This document shows positions 48,625 to 61,640 of a DNA stretch of 64,000 nucleotides, one piece after another; position 1 is the stretch's first letter; every line of letters begins with the position of its first letter. Position numbers and translations under genes: made by a program. The stretch lies in assembly GCA_043228905.1 (NCBI GenBank), contig JBHGNT010000020.1, positions 2,852,001-2,916,000 of the forward strand. Direction: 5' to 3'. Under the pieces are notes generated by a model that worked only from the letters and a program-made list of their open reading frames with translations, was not told the origin of the DNA and did no database searches. This DNA is from Azolla caroliniana (taxonomy: Eukaryota; Plantae; Polypodiophyta).

Positions 48625-51600
48625 AGGGGGAGTTTGTTGGGAGACAGGTCCCTCCGGATGGGAAGGGAGAAGAACAGTGTTGATGAACAAACTCGGCCGA
48701 GGCCGAAACCGGATGAGGAGTACCCGGCTACGGAGAGCTGGATGGTGCAGACCCGGTGAGAAGTGCTCACCGGATGAAGAGACATATTCGTAAATATGTT
48801 TCCGAGAGTCCATTGTGGCTATATTTGTAAATAGCCGAAAAGTCATATTAGTATAAATATGACTTAGGGCAAACTTTTAGTAGTTGTTGTCATTCTTGTT
48901 GGTGCAAGGAGAGAGAGTGTGTGTGTGTAACTGTGTACAGAGAGAGAGAAAGAGAAAGAGGTTGTTGCCTCTGTTGTAACCGCCGCCTGTGGCGAGGATT
49001 GTGAGCTCGAGGTCGTTGCCTCCGTGAACTCACTGTTGTACATTCTAACATAGTGATAGTTTGCAGCCTGTGGGCTGCCGTGGTTTTTCCCTTAGTTTGG
49101 GTTTTCCACGTAAACATCTTGCGTACTCGCCTCTTCTTCGTGTCGTTCATTATTTCCCGTTTTGTGTATGATTCTAAGCTTGATTGTGGCCGAGCGTTGC
49201 GTATAGGGAGCGTGCACTGCCCATCACGCCAGCACCAAGCACAACTCGACGCCAAGACGGTGGTATGGGACACTGATCAAGGCTCGAGTCTGTCTGAATC
49301 CCTTCGCTCGGGGATGGTCGAGTGGATCGGCACCCTTCTTTCTCTCTCTCCTTTCTATCTATTTATCTTTTATCCTTATCATATGCTTACTCTAGATCAT
49401 AACTCTAACAATTGGTATCCGAGCTTATGTTTCTAATGTTTCCTTTGTTTGTTTTTGTGTTCTTGATTGATGGTGATCGATCGACGTGCGGTCGACCTTG
49501 ATCTAGATAGCGATCAACAAAGGAACTTCAGTAACTCTTTCTTGTTTTTTTTCTATTTTTTCTTCTCCCATCTAATCATGTATACGTTCAATATGTAATT
49601 GTTTTCATTAATTCAATGATGTTGTAGTGGTAATTAATTGGTTGTATAAAACGTTTACATATGTGTATGAGGTCAATACCTCATTTGACATATATTTAAT
49701 ATGTGATTAGTGTCGTATGCGTACGAGGTTAATACCTCAATTGCGTATTACGTTCACATACATATGTTACATATGCGTATGAGGTCAATACCTCTATTTT
49801 TATGTAATTGATATGTGTTTGGTGTCGTATGCGTAAGAGGTCAATACCTCAATTGCGTATTACGATTAACCCTTATTATTGGATGATTCGTGTGCGTAGA
49901 GGCTAAGGCTATATGCCTCAATTACGTGTCTCAATTTCATCATATGTTGGCTATTTGATGTTACGATTATTCTTAATATACACATATGTGGCCACGTGTA
50001 TACGTATTTGATCGTATATGTGTGATAAATATACATATGTGTATATTTACATGATTTCTATATCGAATGTTATCTTTTTCGCGGAGAGGATCTTGGTGGC
50101 CATCCTCACATTTTTGTGAGAATGGCATAGTCATCATCCTTTTTTCAACAATTTTTTTTGTTGACATCCATGTTGATCACTTTGATTTTGTTACATAATG
50201 AAACGATCATAGCCACAATGATGTTGAGAACGTAGGGCTTGACCCACTTCATGTGAGGTCGCTCATATGACACACATATCCAACATCCCTCCCTCATTAC
50301 ATGGATACGATGCCACCATGAGATCATTCTTATGAAAGGCATTCGTAATGATGTAACAATGTGATGGGCCACGTGGGTCTACTACGAAAAGAGGGCTCAT
50401 TTGACTTGACCATTAGGTTCCACTTTGGCATATGTCATCGTAATTATGGGACTTGAGGTTAGGTAACGTACCAACATAGTTTGTGGTAAACAAGGGGGAA
50501 ATAAGGACTCTTGACATACTATATCACCAGGTATAGTGTATGTACATGGGCAAAGGATGTGAATCTTGTTGGCGTTTGCCCTATCTCAGTTTATGGTGGG
50601 AACAAAGAGGATGAACTCGCAGGTGCATTGAAGTTTTCTCATGGTCAGTGGCATGTTTCTTTTAAAAAAACATATATGAACAAATGCCTCGCATATCTCT
50701 TATACGCATAAAACATTCAATATGGGCAACCTATTTGGTTAGCTCAAGTGTTTAATGCATTTGTTCTCGAGGTCTCGAGTTCAAATATGACCAAGACCAT
50801 ACAACATCGCTGATACATATGACTATAATACATGTTTAGACATTAGGTCTAAGTGCACTTCGGGGTCCTCGTTATAGGACTTGAAGAGCCGAAACCACAT
50901 ACGTGGGCACAGAAACATAGTTTATTGTTAATATTTTTTTTCGTGTATAAACTATTCATGACGCAAACATACATGGTTGAGCCTCGGGGAGCTACCATGA
51001 AAAAATCGATATAGAGATCAGGGTAAGACATTCATTTGTCACCCCCATGGTTTTTAAAACACCTTTGTGTTACCTCATCTCATACGTCTAGAGGGGTATT
51101 GACATGAGATGATTATATCGATTAATGTTGGCCCATGATATGTTTACATCACGACTTGATGTTATGACTATTTGTCTGACCTTATCCTATTTCTTTGCCA
51201 GAAATAAACATTCAATGGCTCATAATAACGACCCGATGTCATCCACTCAAGCGGAAGGAACTCAAGGAAATCCTTCTGGACCAATGTCCATTGAGTCCTA
51301 TTTCTTACAAATACAAAATTTCCTTAGTTCAACCGCTCATCAGATGTCCGAACTTCGGCAATCTCAAAGTGCTCTCGAGGCATGTGTCATTAGTTTCCAA
51401 TGTGAGACTAATAGACCCGATGAGCATCAAGGTGAACCATCATTTTTCGTAAAGCCATTTACGGGAGAAAAAAAGGAAAGAACCGATGAAGCAATCTGCA
51501 CATGGCTGGGCCGATGGGAGTCTCATTTTGAGCTCTATCCCACGCCAGATTGTATGAAGATTGCGTATGTCGTGCGAGAACTAGGGGGTAAGGCCGCCGC

Positions 51601-53150
51601 CTAGTGGCATGGGCTCTAAACTTTAGGGAAATTGCCCGATACTTGGAAAGATTTTGTCACAGTTTTCAAGGGCCAATTTCTGCAACCTCCCTCTCGATTC
51701 GAGGCAGTTCAAGCTTTAATGAACCTCTCTAGTAGGAAATTTTCTTTGCTAGAAGACTATGTCCACCATGCTAGAACCCAAATCCAAAAGTCGGGTCTAG
51801 AAGGGGACAATTGGTTGATAGCTTGTTTTGTCAATGGCATCCCCAATTCAGAAGTAATTGTCAATGTTCTTTCCCTCACTATGTATTGGGACCCAATGAT
51901 TTACTACGTGCAAACGGGTATATCAATGGATCTCTCGTACAAATTTTATTGATTCGGGAAGCTCACACAATTTTGTGAATGGTCATTTGGTTCAGATATG
52001 GGGAATCCAAACCACCGTAACTGATCACACCTATAAGGTGCACTTGGCTGATGGAAGAGTACAATACATCAACGGGGTGATTCATTCATTAGGAATTTCT
52101 ATTGATACTTATATAGAGGAAGTAGACTTCCATGTAATGAATCTTTGTACCACTGATGTAATATTGGGTTATCCCTGGTTTTATAATAAAAACTCTTATT
52201 TGTCTATTGATTAGGTTCGTCATTCCATTTCCTTTGTACTAAACAATCGTACTCATTTTATTCAATGTGTAAATAAACAATCCCTTTTGATTGTTTCCTC
52301 TCCATCAATATCTGAGCTGTCTTGTTTTTCTTTATTTTATTGTGTACTTGATCCAAACATTCACGTTTATAATATTGATAATGTCTCGGGTCAATTGACA
52401 TATTTTGAACAACAACAACTCGATAAAATCTTAAATGACTTTTATGATGTTTTTCCGAGTGAACTACCACATGGGTTACCTCCTAAACGTAATATAGACC
52501 ATCGTATAGATATTGTACCTGGTGTTGCACCAATAAGTATACCTCCTTATCGCTTAAGTCAATCCGAAGAGGATGAGGCATCTAAGCAACTCAAGGACTA
52601 TTTATGAATGGGTTATATATGTTATAGTAAATCTCCATGGGGTGCACCTGTTCTCTTGGTAAAAAAGAAAGAGGGCACATGGCATATGTGTATTAATTAC
52701 CGACGCTTGAATAAAGTGATGATCAAGAATTGATATCCATTGCCTCGGGCCGACGATCTAATTGACCGTCTCCAAGGAGCTCGGTATTTTACGAAACTTG
52801 ATCTTCATACGGGCTACCATCAAATTCGTATAAGTGAGGACAATGTTCCTAAAACGGCATTTCGTACGTGTTATGGCCATTATGAGTTTTTGGTTATGCC
52901 TTTTGGTTTGACTAATGCTCCGGCCACATTTCAACAAGAAATGAATGACATTTTCCGAGAACAACTTGGAAAATTTGTCGTTATTTTCTTGGATAATATT
53001 CTAGTTTATAGTCGCACATTAGAAGAACATGCGAAATATGTCCGCTTTGTTTTACAAACATTGCGCAACAAAGCAACTTTACGCGAAGATCCCAAAATGC
53101 GAGTTCTTCAAGAAATCAACTACTTATGTTGGACATCTCATAACTGAACG

Positions 53151-54856
53151 AGGAGTCTATCGTCTCGGGTTTCGACATAGTCGGGTCGATCCGGCTCTCA
53201 AAGCTCTCGGAACCATTCTTGATGAGACGTCATATGGTTCGAGGCACCGAAGTCTACGAACCATACGTCTTCCAGATTGCAGGTACTAGTTGAAGTAGAA
53301 GCCGACATAGAATTTTCTCTATGTCTCATCACGAACATTCTGCCAAGATCGTCATAGTCAAAGTTGGTGGCGTAATTGGTGAGTTGTCAGCTAGTGGAAG
53401 CCGACTCACGCACCTTCTTTCAGCACTCTTCTTCGTGGTGGCTGAGTTTGCCGCAATATCCACATTCGATCGAGTTTTGTCAACTCAAACCGGAATGGAA
53501 GCTCCACCTTCTTCCGAAGGTTCCTCGATGGCTTCCGTCTTGTTGCCGAAATTGTGAGTTGTTTTCATAATTCGGGGCTCATCCGCCTCGTCCTTAGCCG
53601 AATCGGCCTCTTGCATAGTCACGTCCGCTTCCTTCGTTCGAATGCTTGTAGAGCATGTGGCCTTCCAAGGCATTGCTCCTTGTTCGAACATGGTTTTCTT
53701 CAACCAACAACATGTATTGAAGATTGAAGAAAGAGGGAGGATTCTCTCGTGCTAGTACGACGGTCCTCATCGCAGCGAACCGTGGTGCAAGGCCGTTGAG
53801 GCATATTTGCTCCATCTCATCATCGTCCACATTGACGCTTATTGAGTCAAGCGAGTCACAAAGCTCCTTGATCTTCAAGGTGTAGCTTGTGATGGACATA
53901 TCCCTTTGTTGGATATTATTCAAGTCTTGGTGGAGTTGAAGCTTTCTTGCGGTGGTGTTGGCCACGAAAATCTTCTATAGATTCTCCCACACTTCCTTCA
54001 GCGTTTCGGCTTCTCGAATGTAGCCGAGCATGTGATCATGAACACATGTTGCCAAGCAATACATCACTCGGCTTGCCGCTTGCTCCCATGTTGAGTAGTC
54101 GACGTCTTTCGGGTCGGGTCAATTTTCTTGTGCTCCTTTGATGTAGCCCCAATATCCTTGACCGACAAGGTATTGGTGCATCTTGTACTCCCAAGATGCA
54201 AAGTTGTTTCAATCCAACTTCTCGCTAGGGAGATCGCTCCCCATTTGAGTATTCATTGTCGATGAAGCTTTCTTTCTTCTTTTCCTTCTCTCTCGAACAC
54301 GAGCTATGTAGTCGCACTACGATAGCAATGAGCCGATTTTTCTTGAACGTCAACATAGAACACAACACACGAGGATGGGCTAGATCGAGCTACCAAACCA
54401 CTCTGATACCGTGTAAAGAATCGATATGATTCTTGTGCAGCGGAAGAGATGTGTGTTATGTGTATGTGTGAGAGGAAAGAGAGAAGAGAAGAGAAAACAC
54501 AAGATAGATTAGATAGAATGGAAAATAGGATACTCAAGAAAAAAGTGTATATTCACAAGGAGAATATGAGATACAAAATGTAGCATTACAAGGAGTCACA
54601 ATCGACATTATATGAAGTAGGAGAATGGTGCTTTATATAAGGTCACCCTCTCTTTTCATTAACTCACTACAACTACTCTCTCTTAGGGAATGTGAAGGTT
54701 CATAGTCATGGGGAATATGGAACTCATGGGGAATATGATTCTATGACAAATAATTAATGTGTAGAGAGTAGTGGGGTGACTCTTGACCTTGGAGTGATCA
54801 TAGATTCTCAAAGGGTGTGTTCACATGTTGCACTAGGTTGAGCTTGATTCTCAACA
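53151..54856 (-). mobile_element. Truncated copia element 3 (LTR, PBS, gag)
   Basis: LTR 54412-54856 (TGTTGAG...TTTACA on minus strand); PBS GGTATCAGAG; gag from 54244 (NNFASWEYKMHQYL..., LNGLAPRF). Confidence 0.8.
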
Positions 54857-55311
54857 AAGGGCATGGAAAACTTGTAAAAAATCTCAATCGTAATCTTGTA
54901 TACAGAATTTTGGAATACATATCTGTCTTGCCTGACCTCCCATGTCTTTGATCTGTGTTGAACATGTCTATGTTGAGTCGTGTACTTTGTATGCGTTAAG
55001 TATGGAACATGTCAGTTGTAGCCATCATCGTAATCTCCACAATCTCCATGATCGAGATAACTATTACGATTCTAGTATACAGTCACCCGAGTTACAAGTA
55101 CGACTTGAGCATCCTTCCCTGACCACGATTCCCTTCAGCCGAACCCCAAAGAGCCGAGGATTCGGCACCGTGTTACCCTAAACCAGTAACATTGTTTCTT
55201 TCTCGAATAAGAGGTCCCTTAAGGGATTGAAAATAAGCAATAAGGAATGCAAGTTAAAATTTTATACATTGGATGGGAGAACTAAGGTTAGTAAACAACT
55301 TATGTTGAGTT

Positions 55312-57955
55312 ATGAATAATTTCCGAATTTTGTCCTGGAATGTTCAAGCGCTTGGAGGGGCTCTTAGTAAGAAGTTTAAGGGTAGAATTTGCCAAGAGTT
55401 GGATAGGTTTAATGTGGGTGTTCGTGATATGATATGTTTACAAGAAACTCACCTATGTGATAAGAGAATAACTACATATGGGAACCTGTTAAAAGGAAGT
55501 TGGAGATACTATTGTGCTCCTACGATGGACAATCAAAATAATCATGGTGGTTTATATATAGCCCAAATGGAGAAATGGAGTTAGTAGGTGTTAAGACTAT
55601 CATGTATTGGTCAATGGTAGAGGTCAATATATCATCTTCATGGTCTCTAACATTAAGTTGGGCTTTCTTAATATTTATGCTCCGAATTCAGGAGGGTTAG
55701 AAGGGAATTTTGGTTTAAGATAGGTTATGATTTATCGACAATGGATCATTGGTGTATGGTGGGTGATTTTAATATGATTGAGGATTTTGGTTATAGGACT
55801 TGAGGTTCCCATGCTTTGATAAGTGTTGCTGAGTTGACAACTTGGGAAAGATTATGTTTATCATTCAGATTGCAAGATGCATGGCATGTTACATCTCTAA
55901 GAGATTTATTAAATTTCTCTAAGTCCGATAGAAGGCTTCAAGGGGTAAATATGTCACGTTTGGACAGAATGTATATTGATTATTATTTTGTCGAAAAGAG
56001 TGGGGAGATTGGTATTTTATCGGGCTCTTTATTCTCAGATCATGCACCTGTGATTATGATTGTTGGAAAAAAGCCATATCATAGCAATAGTTGTCATCGT
56101 ATCTCGAAATGGATTTATTTTGATAGATCTTTTAGACAATATATTTTATAGATGTGGAAATTGGAAAGTCCATATTCTATAAATGTTTGCAAATGGTCAA
56201 CTTTGCTATTTAGGGTACTTCGAAATTTCATAGATTGAAAGTATACAAGGTTGTGGAGCATTGTACGTTACGAATGGCTGCTAGGAGGGCTTTGTTGTTT
56301 CTTCAACATTTTCAGGAAAAGTGTCCACATGCATCTTGGGTTGAGCAAGAGTTGCACTTAAGAAATAATTAGTATGTTTAGAAGATTAGATCTTTCTAAC
56401 AAAGTTTAATGTTGTTGTTGCGAAGTGGACTTGATTAGTTGATAATGTTAATTCCGAATTTTTGTGCATATTATAAAAGGTGGTCAATTAGGTAGTTGTA
56501 TGAGATAGCTTCAAAGGGAAGATGGGTTTATTACAAAGGACATTAATGAAATTAGGGACATTGTTATGACTTTTTATAAAAATCTATTAACAGCTCAACA
56601 ATTTTCGACTCAACAGCTTCAAAAAAGAAAAGTAGTTTTGGACTATTTGGAACATAAGATCTCAGATGAGATGGTTGAATCCTTGGTGAAAGAAATCTCT
56701 TCTATTGAGGTAAGAGTTGTGTTGTTGGCTATTGGGAAGGATGTATGCCCAGGAAATGATGGACTATCACTAGAATTCTTTCTAGAGTATTGGGATGATA
56801 TAGCCAATGTTTTCACAACCTCCTTACAATAGTTTTTCATTTGGGAAGTATGCCCGTTGAATGGAATGATATTTTATTCCCAAATTAGATGGTGTAGTGG
56901 ATGATATTAAGAAATGGAGGCCCATAACTATTTTAAATATAATAATATAAAGTTTACGCTAAGTTATTAGCTACACGTATGCAACCTTTTGTTCCACATA
57001 TAGTGCATATTTGATAATATCTTTGTGTTTTGGGAGATGATAGCAATAACGCAAGAAACAAAAGAAGACATAACAATATTGCTTTTGGATTTTGAGAAAG
57101 CTTACGATAGAGTTGACTAGAATTTTTTATATGAGGTTATGGACCGCCTAGGTCTTCCAATTGCTTGGACAAAGGTTGTTTTTGCATTATATAATTCAAT
57201 ATCTAGTCGAATTTTTGTTGGAGGAGAACTAGGTAATAATTTCCTAATGACTAGATTGGTGAGACAAGGATGTCCTTTAGCTCCATATTTATTTCTATTC
57301 GTAGGAGAAGCCTTCAGTGCATTCTTGAATAGAAATACTTTATATATTAAGGGTATACAGTGGCCAGGTATGGAGGAGGCTGTGTTAGATTGTGAATTTG
57401 CAAATGACACAACTTTGTATGTTTTAGGTGATGACAAAAATCTCTGTAATGTGTAGATTGTGATCCATTATTTTTGTGACGCTTCAGGTGCTAGTATAAA
57501 TTGGCATAAATCGGTGGGATTTTGGGTTGGGGAAGATCTTACTCCTAATTGGTGTCCAAGTGTTGGATTTTGTTAGATGCCAAAGGGCTCTCCTCTTAGA
57601 TATTTAGGGTGTCAAAGTTGGAATTAATCTTTCCCAAAAGCTCATACCCAACCCTTACTGCTTTCTTTGAGAAAGAAGTTGAATTTTTGGAGTTCTAAGA
57701 ATCTGCCATTTGCGGGTAGGTTTGTTGTTTCTAATCGAGAGTATCACTCTCCTCAATGCAGTATATTTTGTCCGTCTAGTTATTCTCTAGATCTCTGTTG
57801 TCAAAGTTGCATAGGTTGATTAGGAATTTCCTTTGGGGTTCTACTAAATTTAAGTATGTTAGACCAAAGGTAGCTTGGAAAACTATTATAGCCCCGACTT
57901 CTCAAAGGGGGTTTAGGTCTGGTGGATCCTCTGATGCAATGTAGGGCACTCACTA
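55312..57955 (+). mobile_element. Degenerate LINE (L1-like) ORF2: AP endonuclease and RT
   Basis: SWNV, LQETH, GDFN, SRLDR, SDHAP, DFEKAYDRV, RQGCPLAP, FANDT; many stops and frameshifts. Confidence 0.9.
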
Positions 57956-58103
57956 ACACGTAAAATTTAATTTCGGTCATAGAAGACGTCAATACAACTT
58001 TCTTTCTTGCTTTCTTTCATGCTCTCTTTGTATCAGTATTTATATGTCTTAGAAGACGTTAATTTTGGTTGTAGAAGACGCTAACATATCTTTCTTTCTC
58101 TCT

Positions 58104-58250
58104 TTGTATATGTATCTGTGTGTTTGTATTTGTATCTGTATCTGTGTGTTTGTATCTGTATCTGTATCTGTGTCTGTATGTTTGTATCTGTATCCGGCCA
58201 GATAAACACGATCTTTCCCTTCCGCGGCGTGTGTGTGTATGTGTATCTAT
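58104..58250. repeat. (TGTATC)n/(TG)n low-complexity tract
   Basis: Imperfect hexamer repeats. Confidence 0.8.
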
Positions 58251-58281
58251 GTGTGAAATGAGATCCAAAGAAACCCTGCCC

Positions 58282-58314
58282 AAACCCTAACCCTAACGCT
58301 AACCCTAACCCTAA
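58282..58314 (+). promoter_or_regulatory. Telo-box / CCCTAA repeats upstream of the gene (again at 58420-58442)
   Basis: AAACCCTAA followed by CCCTAA units, next to a TATA-like TATAATAA. Confidence 0.6.
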
Positions 58315-58459
58315 CTGTATAATAAGTCATTCCTTTTGAAAGTAAATCCCCCCTTACCGTGACGAAGACAGAGCCTCATTCCTTCTAATTTTTTATTCGC
58401 TCCTGCTCCTGCTCCTGCACCTAACCCTAACCCTAACCCTAATCCTGTTTCAAGCTTCC

Positions 58460-60099
58460 ATGGCCTCTCAACCCCCTCGCCAGCAACATCAGCCGAAGGC
58501 CAAACCACAGGCACAGCAGGTCCAAGCACAGACACAGACACAGACTCAAGCACAGTCTCAAGCACAGGCACAGGCACAGGCACAGGCGCAGGCGCGTCCC
58601 CCTCCACAGCAACAGCAACAGCAGCAGCAGCAGCAGCAGCAGCTTCGTAAGCCGGTGTTCATGACTGTGGAGGAGCTCCAGCCAGGGACCTCTGGCCATA
58701 ACCTCGTGGTGAAGGTCGTCAGCTGCAAGCTCGTGGTCCAGAGGTCTCGACCGAATCCCGCCACTGCTCGCCATGTCCGCATCGCCGAATGTCTGGTCGG
58801 TGACCACACCGCCTCCATCGTCTTCACCGCTCGCAATGAACAAGGTCTCTCTCTCTCTCTCTCGCTATGTCTGCAATTCTATGTGCTTCTGTTTCTCCTC
58901 TTTACTTACGTCTTCTATTTCCTGTATTTGCCTCCTTCTCTTCTGTCTTTCGTCTTTCATCAGTCATTTCCACGATTAATTTGTCTGTTTCTGCTTTTTT
59001 TTCTGTTTTCCTTATTTTCTTTCTTCTTCTTCTTCTGTGATGACTCTCTCTCTTCTCCGCTTCTGAACCTGTCAAGGTTAGGTTTTGTTCCTTTTCTTGT
59101 TATTGTCTTCCTTGATCCGAAGAAGCCGCTTCTTTATCCTCTTGTTCTCTGCTTCATACCCTCCTCCTCCTGTGACAATCATTTTCTTTCTTTCTAATCT
59201 ACGAGATCTGTGCGTATCTTTATCTGTTTTGTTCCCGACTCCTGCTTTTGCCTTCTCTTTTTCTGCTCACAGTTCTACGATATACACCTTGAAGAATGCT
59301 GATGTCTATAGACGTAATGGCTGATTTACTTCGATTGTCTTAACTTTTATCGTAAGGATGTATTTCTGTTGATGTGTTGAGGTTCTTTGCCATTTCATTC
59401 ATCTCTTGAAACTCGACACCGGGAATCCGATTTCCTAGGGATGCAATCCTTTCTAGACTTGTTAGTGAGTCCCTATTCTGTTTGAGAGTTCCTAATTGCT
59501 GAAACCTTTTCTTAGCACATTCCTGCTTGAAATTCGCTTGCGTCTGGCATTTCATCAATGTCTGCAATTAAGGCATGACTTCTCCAAATTAATGTCATTT
59601 AGTGCCTTCCCTTGCGGAAGACTTTCTTATTTGTGTACGCTTAGGAATGTTCAAGAATCTGATGCTGTTGCTAGAAATCATACTATTTTCTTAAACATGC
59701 ACACTTTAACATATACATCATTCACAGTTTTAGGTTCTGGTAACCGTTTGATATTCCCCGAAATTCTCTTCCCCTCTTTTCAACTTCAATTGTCGTGGAT
59801 ATCTTAGAGCTGTTCCTTGAATTTTCTGCTGGTTTCCTTCTATATTTGGTTTTATCATGATTGCGCCATGTGAATTGATGAATGTGTTTGCTTTATTTGT
59901 GACAGTTGACTTGGTTAAAGAGAATGCCACTTTGATTCTAAGGAATGCAAAAATAGACATGTTTCGAGGGTCTATGCGCCTAGCTGTTGACCGATGGGGT
60001 AGAGTTGAGGTGGGTGAACCTGCAACTTTTACTGTCAAGGAGGATAACAATCTCTCTCTGGTGGAGTATGAGCTTGTTAATGTCCCAGAGGAGCAATAG
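58460..60099 (+). CDS. OB-fold nucleic-acid-binding protein, At4g28440-like; exons 58460-58844 and 59906-60099; 192 aa
   Basis: LRKPVF..V..L.PGTSGHNL.VKVV, RIAECLVGD.TASIVFTARNEQ|VDL, LRNAKIDMFRGSMRLAVDRWGR, NNLSLVEYELV; GT-AG phase-1 intron. Confidence 0.93.
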
Positions 60100-60833
60100 C
60101 TTGGCTTGTTATCATTTCCAAACCGTTTCAACTCAAAAGCTATGAAAGTACTGCATTGCTTGGGTAACAAAGCAATGAATGCAAGAATATCTTGACTGGA
60201 GTTTCTTTGCCAAAGCCGAGAATCTACTTTCGATGTTTGTTAGGCGAAGTATAATAGAAGAAATATAGTCTTGTATCATTTGGAGATATCCTTTGCAGAT
60301 GTGCTCTGCATCTGGATGTGCAAATATACATGATAAGGATCCACGGGGGAGCATATACACGAAGTTGACAGATTTAAAAGCCATTAGTTTGAAAGGGTGT
60401 TCTGACTTTTAATCAATAAGGTCTGTTTCTGCTCCTCTTTGTGATGAAAGTCTTACACTCAGTACCAGTTGGTGTTTAATGTGACTATTACCTTTTTAAT
60501 TGGAAGCAGCTTGAAGTGTTATTGTTCGTCGTTATTATATGAGTGCTATTTATCTACAGGTCCAGCTGATGTATTGATGTTTTCCTGTGGGACGTGTCAT
60601 CAGTGATTGTATGCTTTACATGTTATAGACATATTGCTTGTTTCTTATGATTTCCACATGGGTGCCTACCTTGTTCATGATATGCTCAGACTTATCTGCA
60701 TTTGCGTTTGCCTCTGTTCAGTTTATATATCCTATAAAACCTGTTAATCTTCATTTGCATTTACAGACATATTACTGCTGCTGTTTATAGGTTGAGATTT
60801 GCACATCATTTATAATAACATAAAGGTGTTTGA

Positions 60834-60950
60834 CTTGTGGAATTGATGACAACTCTTTCCCCGAATGAGCGATGCTGATTCGATATTCTGATGTAATTCA
60901 TGCTCTTTTGAAAAGAAGAGCAGAAAGCCAGAGAAGTTCTGATCCACAAG
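60834..60950 (+). ncRNA. Box C/D snoRNA candidate, copy 1
   Basis: 8-bp terminal stem CTTGTGGA/TCCACAAG, box C TGATGA, box D CTGA, guide TCTTTCCCCG. Confidence 0.75.
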
Positions 60951-61037
60951 AAAAATTTCTTTTCCTGCACATATATCGAAATGCTAACATGCGTGCTTAT
61001 CTATTGTGCGTTTTATTTTTCTATTGTATATTGATGG

Positions 61038-61154
61038 TTTGTGGAATTGATGACAACTCTTTCCCCGAATGAGCGAAGCTGATTTGATATTCTGATATAA
61101 TTCATGCTCTTTTGAAAAGAAGAGCAGAAAGCCAGAGAAGTTCTGATCCACAAG
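61038..61154 (+). ncRNA. Box C/D snoRNA candidate, copy 2
   Basis: Duplicate at a 204-bp offset; boxes and guide unchanged. Confidence 0.75.
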
Positions 61155-61399
61155 ATAAAATACGTTAGTGAATTTCTTTTCTTGTGTATATATCGAAATG
61201 GTAATATTGATGTTTATCTTTTGTGCTATTTGTGTTTCTATGGTGGAATTTTGTACTATGTGTTTCTTTTGTTGTATTGTTGTGCTATTTGTTTTTCTAT
61301 TGGGAAGTTTGTGCTATTTATGGTTCTATGGTAGAAATCTGTGCTATATGCATGTTTCTTTTGTGATTTTCTTGTTAACTGAGTGAATCAAAGAAATAT

Positions 61400-61640
61400 A
61401 AGCCCTTTGGATGCTTTCCCTCTTGTCTTTGGTTTGATTTGGATTTGTATCTTCCATGCTAATGCCATACTTAATAAGAACGTTAATTTAAAATGAGTTT
61501 GTAGATGTATTATATGTCAAGCCCTTTGGATGCTTCCCCTCTTGTCTTTGGCTTAATTTGGATTTGTATCTTCCATGCTAATGGCATATTTGGTAAGTAC
61601 ATTAATTTAAAATGAGTATGTAGATGCATTATATGTCAAG
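61400..61640. repeat. ~118-bp tandem duplication
   Basis: AAGCCCTTTGGATGCT...ATTATATGTC occurs twice. Confidence 0.85.

Larger units (their letters stand above)
43681..49226 (+). mobile_element. Full-length Ty1/copia element 2
   Basis: LTRs 43681-44551 and 48635-49226; TSD CGCCA; PBS TGGTATCAGAGC at 44554-44565; PPT. Confidence 0.97.
43174..53150 (+). mobile_element. Degenerate chromovirus-like gypsy; 5' LTR (43174-49410) split by copia-2; truncated in RT
   Basis: TGTTA...CTAACA LTR; PBS TGGTATCCGAGC at 49413-49424; gag near 51216; IDSGSSHNF protease; RT KTAFRTCYGHYEFLVMPFGLTNAPATFQ. Confidence 0.82.

Noticed and set aside
58282-58442. True telomere or chromosome end
   Set aside because: Only a few units, in promoter position.
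58845-59197. Hydrophobic C-terminus of the 245-aa ORF
   Set aside because: Read-through into a CT-rich intron. The conserved protein resumes at 59906.
60441-60570. Additional C/D snoRNA starting GTGATGA
   Set aside because: No terminal stem or recognisable guide. The same applies to the box C-like motif near 63922.
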